Source: Amoeboaphelidium protococcarum X5 (Eukaryota; Fungi; Aphelidiomycota). From it: a stretch of DNA of 64,000 nucleotides. A program made the position numbers and the translations under genes. The stretch's first letter is position 1. Each line of letters begins with the position of its first letter. The stretch spans positions 687,910-751,909 of the forward strand of contig JALDTO010000206.1 of NCBI GenBank assembly GCA_023515725.1. Direction: 5' to 3'. The notes beneath the pieces were generated by a model. The model was not told the origin of the DNA and did no database searches. It saw only the letters and a list, made by a program, of their open reading frames with translations. Positions 54,199-64,000 of this stretch are shown here, in pieces.

Positions 54199-54854
54199 CC
54201 GTATTTTTCACGGTATAAGCGAATTCACGGTATAAGCGAAATCGGCTTTTTCTCGTTTGTCGCCTTTTCCAAACACGCCATTTGATAAACTATATTCTAT
54301 GATCAGACTAGCTTTAGTCGTTGATTACAGATGACAATTATGGATATAAAAGCAATAAAAACCAAATTAATTGAAATAGTCGGATTAAAAATAGGATTTA
54401 ATGGAAAGACTTGCTGTTTACTTAAGAGCAGAGCTTGCCTCTCCTTCACGCTTTGTTGTGGGCCGCTGTGAAGCTTCCGCACATCTTCACTAAATTGGCA
54501 ACTCAATCTAGAGCTTAACAACAACTTATCTCTATCTCTATACCACATAGACACCAACCTATCATCAATAGCAATTTTTTTAGCAGTTCACTTGACTTCC
54601 GCGACCATACTATGTCTGAAGCTACATGACTAGTTTCACGACTTTTACCTTGAACTGCAATGCCTACGATTGGCGCATTTTCTTGGGGACAACGATATCG
54701 GGATCCTCATTTTCAGCATTGCTTTATCTATTGGTCTAAAAATTAGAGTCTAAAATATTTTATTCAGAATTTATTATCATGGTATAAGCGAATTTGTTTC
54801 GTTTGTGTGGAGAGTGGCGAATTATGAATTTCGCTTATACCGTGAAAAATACGG
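54199..54854 (-). mobile_element. Non-autonomous pogo/Tc1-mariner element, 656 bp, 25-bp TIRs, TA target duplication
   Basis: TA|CCGTATTTTTCACGGTATAAGCGAA ... TTCGCTTATACCGTGAAAAATACGG|TA; internal copies of GGTATAAGCGAA; frameshifted HTH remnant on the minus strand. Confidence 0.9.
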
Positions 54855-55329
54855 TAGTAGATAGCTAAATATACATCTGTTCAGTGTGGCGTGGAGCAAC
54901 GACCGTTCCGACAACAGTAGCATGTAAGTAGTACCTGAATGGTACATCATTCAATTCTACTTTTGAAAACACATCTATCACACACTATTGTGTCAATCTA
55001 CAGTGGTGCACGATAGAATTGAAGCCTTCAATACACTTAATAAGTGTTCTATCTTGCAGCATATATGCGTTCATAGTCACTCTTGTTTATCGCCATCTCA
55101 TAGTCCCTATTTGACTAAATCAAATCTAATATCAGAGTCGTCGCTGGGGAATATTTAAACATAATGCATCGGAGCGTAAAATGGCTCACTAATCGGAACA
55201 CGCTAAGTTCTGAAATTGGATCGGAGTCGGCCTGATTAAGGTATTCTGCAAACTATCTTTCCGCATCTAATTAGTACTCACCATCGACATTAAATGGAAT
55301 CAATGCAGCAATAAAAGGTATGGAAGGTT

Positions 55330-56015
55330 TGTTAACTTGAGTCAAATTTTAAACAGAATCTCATGTCTGGTAATGAAGCTCTTAAATCCTTGACCTGCAT
55401 GAATATTCTATAGAATGAGCTTCTATCAATGATCATATTCTAAAGTAGGCACAAAGTATCTTAACTCAAATCAGGATAATTCTTCATCCAGATATCCACA
55501 GCAAACTCAGGCTCATAGAAATAAAGTTACGCATTTCTCGGCTCTGCATCGTCCACTGCATATATTATACCAAAATTGTGATATATCTGACCTGATACGG
55601 TACACGGAAAGTGTATTTACCTTCAATACTTGATGCTCTCTCTTTCTATCATATTTTGAGGTTCATGAAGAGAATTCATAGAGAAAATTGTAGATACGGA
55701 TACGGTACTCTTTAGATTATTAGGAATTGCCCATTACTAAATCGCGGTAATATACAGGCGGTAGTCTTAATTATTACAATGCAACAGCACATTACCACAG
55801 CAGATGGTTTCATTACCAATATTTCTAACTTCCTCAGCAAAATGACGAGCCCAAAATGCCAAGCATTTATATTCCAAGTCGAAAATCGGCGCATGATGTA
55901 GATCATCCTCATTGAGTATCCTTCTTGCAATCATGAGTAAATCAACTTCATCGTCAACACTAGAAACCTCACTATCTAAATTGCTTTCGATATTGTGAAG
56001 AACAAAAAGTCGCAC
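55330..56015 (-). mobile_element. Degenerate Helitron RepHel N-terminal fragment
   Basis: ARHFAEE..TICCGN; SGQIYHNFG..EPRNAQLYFYE..LCLLQNMI; internal TGA; no helicase portion seen. Confidence 0.72.
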
Positions 56016-56467
56016 CTTAGATTTGATTGCGAAGGCCGTTTGAACTCACTTCTTTAATTCACCAAGGGGTAATTACAATTTCAACTTTGACGCGTTGATT
56101 TTGCAATATAATTCACAAAATCAGAGTTAACACTACCATATTTGAGCTTGTCGTAAAATCTCCTATAAGGTGATCATAAAGTTTTACGTGTTTTCCAAGT
56201 GGTTCATGTAGGCGTCAATTTTTGTGCATGTGAGAGAGTTGAGTATGTTCCCGTAGGCGTAATGACATGAAATTTGGCATGGCTATTTTAGAGCACGTTC
56301 TAAGACTAGTGGCGGTTGTAGAACAAAATAATATCAACTTGTGCAAAAATGACACGAAGAAGATAAGAAATAAGAATAAAAGAACCCAGTCTGAAATGTC
56401 CTATGATGGGCAATTAAAATGCTAGATGTAATCCTTTGATTTCGATCATGTTAATCTCATTACCATC

Positions 56468-57298
56468 TCAACGGAAGTAGAACGTATCATGTACACTGCG
56501 AACTTTTTACGCAACACTTTCACCCTGCAACAGCTTCTCCCAGGCTTTAGAATCGAGAAGGAGTCGGTTTATCCATATTAGTTTCTCGGTTAAAGGGTCA
56601 TCCATCTGCAAATTGCGCCAAAAGTCAATGCGGTCAACCGAGCAAAAGGGATTAGACTAGATATTGATAAACTTTACTTGAGAAATTACAGCCAAGTCTT
56701 TCAACACACGAGGGGTATCGTCCCAATACTTGTCCATGCCATGAATTTCATTAAAGCTCAGATCAACGACACTGTTCTGTGATAACTTACCAATGTCTTT
56801 GAGATGAATGACAAATTTCAGAGCAATACTCAAATCAGCTGATGATAAGTCGTTGCGTGACAGATCAATCTTTTGAATTGCGACTGTGTCTTTCAGTATA
56901 CCTTTTACAAACTCAAAGTCTTCAAATTGCGTTAAAGAAATCTTGTTTGGCGCAACAGAGGAGTCTTTATCACGCGACAATAAACGACCACTGGCATTTA
57001 AAACACCATCTTGAACTAGAATACACTGACTCTCTGCTTTCGCTTACTTACGCTCATTAATCTTCCTTTACCAAGCTTCTTCCACTTTAGGACGCAGAAC
57101 ATTCTCCACAAAAAGACTCATTAAAATTCGATGTTGCAATGGAGTTTTGTCGGCCAAAGTATCAAGATCCACATTCAGGAACATTTCAACGTTGGAAGAG
57201 CCTATGTAGGCGGCTAAAGGCTTATACAACTCATAGCTCTCAGAATCAAGGCTTTGCAATATACTTTGTCGCCCAGTAGTTGTCTATTGTGCAGTCAT
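56468..57298 (-). CDS. Orphan LRR-like protein, 276 aa, intronless
   Basis: IQKIDLSRNDL, VVDLSFNEI, FINIQSNPFCS, KLIWI; ORFs 57068-57259 and 56657-56980 join via TAR. Confidence 0.75.
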
Positions 57299-57412
57299 TT
57301 TGTTGTCGCTTCAGAAATTAATGTGTGTTTATTATCGGAATTCGCCAAATCTGATAATAAAAAAGAGTTACAGTAGTGTAATCTATAAAAACAATGAGTT
57401 ATATATTCATGA

Positions 57413-58339
57413 TCAAAACTTTAATCTTACAGCTCTTGTCGGAGTCATGGGCGCGTTGGACACTTTATCGGGCGAATTCAACGTCCTGTGAAAGAACTCT
57501 GTGGTTGGAGACATGACTGCTTCAGTTTGACTCAGCATGAGATCTCTGTTATTCTTAAGGCTCTTTTATAGCAATCGCGTACTTGCTCGTCTCCCAAGCA
57601 CTGCTGCCGACTTTTATATGCTGTTATCCTATGGGCTCTCTATCGACTTAGTATCATCAATATCGGTAGATTTATTAGCATCAGGTTTCTAAAATTAAGC
57701 CATCTAGTCTGACGATTACGCGGCTCCATATTATGACATGGTTTGAAATCTAGGATCAAATGGCCCCACAGCAATTGGGCTCATTGGTAGAACTGGATAT
57801 GCATAATTTGGAGAGACAATCAATTGATAGCCAGGTGCTATTGACTGTTGTAAGGGTGAATTTTATATCGACGATTAGTTTGTAGTAGTAGAGTCTCCAG
57901 TTCCAGATTTGCTGATTGGAACGCGTGGCTGTTACAGGAAGCCTTATTGCTACTACATCATGGGCGATATCATCATGTTCACTGGAGGCCGCATACCTCC
58001 ACCCATAATCTCTGCTTGTGTTCGATACATCATCTTCATCTTCAAACTCTACTACAAATATGCCTTGGTCTCCAGCTCTTATTGCACAACATCCTTCTTT
58101 ACACCAGTCTTGTTAGCAAATTTACGCTTCTTTTTCTTCTTCTCCACCTTATTTCCATTTATCAAATGATGATTATGATTGTGCTTATCATCATCGTGAC
58201 CTTTTTACTATTAAGAATTTACACTGCTTTGTGTATTGATCGAATCATTACTTTTCACTTTTGATTCATCATGTTATACCTACATCTTCTCTTCATCCAT
58301 AGTTGTTTCAAGCTGATCACGCTGCACATTGTCAGTCAT
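57413..58339 (-). CDS. Disordered Q/P/S-rich protein with basic NLS-like motif, 308 aa
   Basis: TGA-free frame, KKKKKRK, several SP/TP sites, ends TPTRAVRLKF. Confidence 0.6.
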
Positions 58340-58557
58340 GTTGAAAGTCGATACTAATACTTAGATGTTAAATGATTTTTAACTAAATGAATTATTGAAG
58401 CTAAAGAATATTCTTTCACTTTACCTTTAAGTGGAAAACGGGTTGCTATATTGCGTGACCAGATTGCTATTTATAGACAAGATCATCTGATCAGAAATCT
58501 TACAAAGTTACTGGTACCACTAGAAAATGTTATTTAGACTCTCTATCAAGTGTCAAT

Positions 58558-60234
58558 TCACTAATTTTCTGCAGCAACTTTGGCTTTCAGATAATCTTTG
58601 TACTCTGCAATATCGCCATCCCAAGGAACCAGAACACCTTCTTCAATGACCCAAATCTCTTCAGCAACCTGATTAATAAGTCTAAAGTCGTGACTGATCA
58701 GAACCACACCGCCATCAAACTCATTGATACCTTCCGCGAGAGCATCAATAGTCTCCATATCAAGAAAGTTGGTAGGCTCGTCAAGCATCAACAAGTGACA
58801 CTACATACGAGATAAATAGGCAAAAACTACGCGTCGCAATTGACCATCAGACAGTTTGTCCATAGAGACAGTCTGAGACTTTCCAGTGACACCAAAAGCT
58901 CCAAGAATTCCTCTCATCTACTAAGGCTTTACGTCTTCAAATTTTTCACAAAGCCATTCGACGGCAGACATTGTCAGATCCAACTAATCAGTCAAGTGCT
59001 GATGAAAACGAGCAATCTTCAAATGATGATGTCTTTCAACCACCCCACTACTTGACTTCAATTCGCCGGTCATCAGCTTCATCAGCGTCGATTTACCAAC
59101 ACCATTTTAGCCGACAATGGCCACTCTAGAGCTAAGATCCAAGCCGAAATTCAAACCTTTGTACAACAGATTCTTACCAGGATATGCAAATGACACGTCA
59201 TTAAACTTCAAGAATGGGCTAGGAAGACCACCACCACAATCGTGAAAGCGAATCTTCACCCCTTTATCATCATCCAGTAAGTCCTTCAAATCTGCCACAC
59301 CATCCTTCTCAATCTACTTCTTAATCATCTTTTCATGTGACTTGGCCTACTTGGCAGCTTTACCGCTCTTGGTCAAGTTCTCTTTAATGTTCTGCATCTT
59401 CTTAGTGTCAGCTTTCACCTTCTTACGCGTAGCCTCATCCAATTCACCTTTCACTCTGACAAACGTATCATAGTTTCCACTGAAATACTACAGCTTTCTA
59501 TTGTGCAAGTACATAATCTCGTTACATATCGCATTAGTAAAATCTGAAGAGTGAGACACCATAACCACTGTGTGTGGATAGTTAATCAAGTAGTCCTCAA
59601 GCCAAACAACAGCACTCAGATCCAGGTGATTCGTGGCATCATCAAGCAATAGGATAGTAGGCCTAACAAAGAGAGCTCTAGCCAGCGCGACTCTCATTCT
59701 CCAACCACCCGAGAACTCCTTAGTCTTCATATCCTACATCTCTTTGGTGAAGCCGAGACCATGGAGAACCGAGCGAGCCTTCTACTCAGCCAGCGACACA
59801 TCCAACTCCTACAGTCGCTCATTGATAAAGTCCATGCGCGCACTCTCAGCTCCTTCCACAGTCTCCAACAGAACTTCCATCTCATCCTCGAGTTTGTCGC
59901 GTTCCGTCTTTACGATATCCACCACAGCCTCAACAGCGGTCATCTCAGTCGGATCATACTCTCTCTCAAGCAGATAAATATCCACACTAGGCTGAATGTC
60001 AACATATCTAGCAGCAAGCACTTTCAGTAGTGTACTTTTACCACTAGCGTTGGATCCAACTAAACCATACTTTTTACCATAAACCAATGTCAAAGTGGTA
60101 TCCTTAATCAGCTGTTGACCATACGCGGCCACACTAAATTTGTCAATCTAAACGTCTTTAACTCTATCATTAGACAGCAGCTAACCAGTCGCTGTAATAT
60201 GGTCACTCTTTTCCAATTGAGATAAATCTGCCAT
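58558..60234 (-). CDS. ABCF2: ABC-F protein ABCF2/Arb1
   Basis: [61 protein letters not shown]. Confidence 0.92.
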
Positions 60235-60371
60235 AATGTATTTCAACAAAGATCAAATATCAAAATCCGTAAGTGAAGAAAAGAAGTGAAAAGATCTGAA
60301 CGCGTAACGAACCAAAGGAGGGAGAGATAAAGAGGATATCAATAAACAACCACTGACTGCACACAGTATAT

Positions 60372-61205
60372 TCACAAATGTATTTAACTTTGAAAGTATG
60401 CCAGTGCAGTTTTATCACTTATCATATCCAAAATAGATTTTCCTTCCATATTCTTCTACTAAATCAGTATGTCCTTCACGTAATCATGCCCAGTGATGAA
60501 CTTGTCGTGGTATTGCTCAAACAGACGCGTAAAATACAGCAATGAGTCAATGTGATTCTCTTCAGCCAGAAAATGGAGACATGTATTGCCAACCTTGTCT
60601 TTAACCAGCAGAAGGCTTTTCAGAGAAGCAGCACACTTTTGATCATCATTATTCAAATTGGAACTAGACGTGGCCTATTACACAATATGCTCACTCAACA
60701 ACTTGGCAATCTACAGATTCCCTTTGGCGCAGAGACGGTGAAACACAGTCTAGCCGTTCATGTCTTTAAGCGTCAAGTCGACGCCTTCCTGTTTCAGCAG
60801 CAGTTCAATCACGCCAGAATGCTGTTTCGACACGGCAAAGTGTAAGGGGGATTGCATGGACTGAGTGAGGGCATTAACTTTGGCGCCTGCATTCAACAGC
60901 AGTTGGGTGATCAATTCATTGCCGTGGGATGTCGCCAGATGAAGCGGTGTCCAGTCATCTTCATCCTGAGCATTGACAGCCTTAAGCACAACTTCCTGGC
61001 CATAATCTCTACGCAAAACATCCAGAATATACTCCACAATGTTGAATGACACTTCATTTTTTGAAATTGCCCAATGCAAGACTGTTCTCCCATCTTCATC
61101 CCTGGCCTGTACCTTGGGATCCGAATGAAAAGAGCTTGAAGGTAGATTCTTCAACTGGCTTATATTCTACTGTCTTGCCAACTCAAACGCGTCAACTCCA
61201 GTCAT
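60372..61205 (-). CDS. PSMD10: Gankyrin/Nas6 proteasome assembly chaperone (ankyrin repeats)
   Basis: DGRTVLHWA, DWTPLHLATSHG, QSPLHFAVSK, TVFHRLCAKG, GNTCLHFLAEE. Confidence 0.8.
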
Positions 61206-61325
61206 ATTTTGTTCTACTAATTGTTGTTTAATGAGGCAAGAAATTGAGAGACGAACAGACTGAGATCTAAGAGCTAATAAAATCGATTCTGAAAAAATAA
61301 GTACTGGACCCACTATACAAAGTCA

Positions 61326-62498
61326 TCATGATCTATATTGCGATAACAAGCCTTTAGTCAATTTAAAAATATTTTTAAAAGCTGCACCAAGACAAATGAG
61401 AACAGCTCCGGTAATATCAAGTCCTAGGATAAGCGCGTCTGTAGGAGCATCTTGTAGCACGAAAACTCCTCCAAGGAACGCGAATATAACATCCAAGTTG
61501 CGCAAGAGAACTGCAGGACCAGCTGGCGCTTTCTATAATCCATTATTCAGCAGGAATTATGCAAAGAATGCAGAGATACCGATTGCGCTTAATAGCAAAA
61601 CGTCAATCCAACCGCTTGGCGTCCTTGAATTACTAGCATCAGCGATCAATATCACGATCGATATGACAGTGCTGATCAGGCCAAAGTAGAATACATGCAC
61701 AAGAGGATGTACTTAACCGGGAGCTAAGCGAGTCACACGTCTTACTGAGCAATAGGCAACCGCTGACATACATGCACCAAATAGCGCTGCGAAAACACCA
61801 GAAGCTCTATAAGGGGACGCTGTTGAATCATCAATCAGATGGGAACCAAACAGAAACGAAGGCCTCGAGACTAACACTACACCAACCAGGCAAATAAAAG
61901 ATGATATAATATCCAATCTGGTATAATCTTCACCCAGCCAGAGATGCGCGAGAAGAGCCGTCATAGGAGGTCCTGTGAAGAACAATGTTGTGGCATCAGC
62001 AAGCGGAAGTAAAGTAATGGACAAGTAGAACATGGCCAATCCAATCGATCCTGAGAATCCTCTGATAAATAAATTGAATCTAGGAGAATTGTAAAGCATC
62101 TTCAGAGATTTGATAGGCTGAGATGGTGGACCAAACGGATTGACTCTGATAACCAGTAGCCATATCAGGGCAATGACGAATTGAACGACAGATCTAGCAA
62201 ATACCAGCTGCGAACTACTATATCCAAATGGAAATCGCTCATCATTGATAGATCCAATTTTTACGAGAAGGGACATTACTGAAAATAATAGCGCCGACAC
62301 TCCGACCATAGTAAGTCCAGTCTTGACTGATCGCTTCTCAGACTCTTCATGTACTTCAACATCATTACCATTATCGCCCGTAGATAAGCTCTAATACTAA
62401 TCGCTTCCAACAGGAGACATCAAAAGACTTGTATCTTCATCTGGACTCACAATCACGTCTACTGATCTCAGGCTATCATCACGCTTCACATTCGCCAT
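61326..62498 (-). CDS. EamA/DMT transporter (SLC35G-like)
   Basis: LVFARS, RGFSG, LPLADAT, LGEDY, GVVLVSRPSFLFG; multiple TMs. Confidence 0.9.
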
Positions 62499-62719
62499 AT
62501 AATCTTACTATATAAAAATCACGACTATAACAGCTGCTGCAATGTGTAACGAGAAGAAGAAAATGAAAATTTCAGAGTGAAACGGAACGCGTTAATCGCT
62601 CGCAACTGCTTAGACCCTCTCTTTCTCTTTTCTTTTCGCTTCAAACGTGTTCAGCTTGAAAAGCTCAGTGTCGACTATTAATTACAGTGTGATTGAGAGA
62701 GTATATACAAATATACAAT

Positions 62720-63022
62720 ATGTCCCAGGAAGACGTGAAAGAACCAAAGAAGGATCCAGGTGCAACTGAGCACATTAACATCAAGGTCAAGTCTGGTGAA
62801 GGAAATGAAGTCTTTTTCAAGGTGAAGCCTAACACAAAGTTTCATAAAATATTTGAAGCCTTCTGTGACAGAATGGGAAGAAGCATGAAAGATGTGCGCT
62901 TTTTCAGTCCTGAGGGTGAGCGTATTCAGGCAGAAAGTACTCCTGCCGAGGCTGAAATTGAAGACGGAGACCAGATTGAAGCCCGAATTGAACAGGTTGG
63001 TGGGAATATGGCTATAAATTGA
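62720..63022 (+). CDS. SMT3: SUMO
   Basis: HINIKV, EVFFKVK, IEDGDQIEARIEQVGG plus short propeptide. Confidence 0.95.
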   Translation: MSQEDVKEPKKDPGATEHINIKVKSGEGNEVFFKVKPNTKFHKIFEAFCDRMGRSMKDVRFFSPEGERIQAESTPAEAEIEDGDQIEARIEQVGGNMAIN

Positions 63023-63248
63023 TCTGAATTGTGAAATTGGATATTTGCATTTGTACTAGGCGTTTTTCCTGTTATTCGTTTTCTCTCTGTTCCCCCCAGA
63101 GCCGTGTCGCGTCAAGTCGGTTGATTCGTCGCTCTTCTTCTTTCTTGTTTCGGAAAAAAAAAGCGGGCGAAAGCTATTACCTTATTGTAACATCTCTTCT
63201 TACCGTACAGTTAGTCGATTATAATAAACGTTGTTGAATATCTGGAGA

Positions 63249-63962
63249 ATGCCAACAGAGTCTCAATAGTAGCAATAATAACAAGCGGCTACTGTGCTTT
63301 TGGTAACTGCGTCATATGATAGAACGATTAGATTTTGGGAAGCTCTTTCTGGTATTTGTTCGCGCACAGTTTAGCATCCAGACAGTCAGGTGAATAGAGT
63401 AGCTATTAGTACGGATAAGAAGTATGTGGCTGCAGCTGGCAATCCGAACATTAGAATATATGAAGGTCTCACTAATAATGGAAATCCCATCGCTACCTTT
63501 GAAGGTCACACCGCTAATGTCACCGCTGTCTAGTTTTAATCTAATGCAAAGTGGATAGTAAGTGGTGGCGAAGATGGTTTCGTTAAAGTATTTGATATGA
63601 GAATTGGAAATGCTGGTAATAACGCATAGTAATAGTAATCTGGTGGGAAAAGTGCTGCATAGAGAGAGTATTCGCATGATAAAGTTGGAGTGGCTGATGT
63701 TGTTATCCATCCGAATCAGGTTGAACTGATTAGTTGTGATCATGGTGGAGCGATTAGAGTGTGGGATCTGCGTGCTGGGCTCAATTCATCTTTTAATAAT
63801 TACAACAACTCTGGAAATCTCAGCGGTAGCTTTAATGCTAGTGGAAGCGGTGGTAGTACCAGTCAATACGCCAAGAATGCTTGTTCGCACGAACTTATAC
63901 CAGAGGAGGATGCCATGATGAAGATGACTCAGTCCGATAGTCAGTTTGTATATACAAACTGA
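63249..63962 (+). CDS. LST8: TOR complex subunit LST8 (3' part unresolved at window edge)
   Basis: [63 protein letters not shown]. Confidence 0.88.
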
Positions 63963-64000
63963 CTATCGGACTGAGTCAGTCTACAAAAAAAATAACATTT

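Noticed and set aside
54199-54245. CRISPR-like direct repeats
   Set aside because: Only TIR and subterminal repeats of a DNA transposon; no spacers or cas genes.

Overview
Gene-dense (~33 genes in 64 kb), intron-poor nuclear DNA from an early-diverging fungal relative that uses a non-standard genetic code: TAA and TAG encode Gln and TGA is the normal stop (translation table 6). The supplied ORF track is fragmented because it stops at TAA/TAG. Re-read with table 6, the pieces join into intact genes: CLPB/Skd3, HTATSF1-like, ATG9, stomatin, AGC1, SDR, GATAD1-like, LOG, PIG-O, DMAC1-like, RBR ligase, SLC25A38, ARM protein, mini-PRKCSH, Vts1, CLEC16A, Rho1, ATG15, SmF, BRD7/9, TMF1, TRIM-like, CH-CH-kinase, SCO1, RPL6, CORO7, ABCF2, PSMD10, SLC35G, SUMO and LST8. 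Code plus gene content fit an aphelid such as Amoeboaphelidium protococcarum (inference). Highlights: (1) a 972-aa integrin-beta/Sib-like receptor (signal peptide, MIDAS vWA, mucin stalk, TM, NPLY-x8-NPLF tail); (2) a kinase gene that appears to terminate at TAA directly after a CaaX box, a candidate for position-dependent termination; (3) several genes best known from animals; (4) an accessory island at 53.2-57.3 kb with a deleted pogo element, a Helitron remnant and an orphan LRR gene. All translations and family calls were done by hand from remembered motifs; no searches were run.
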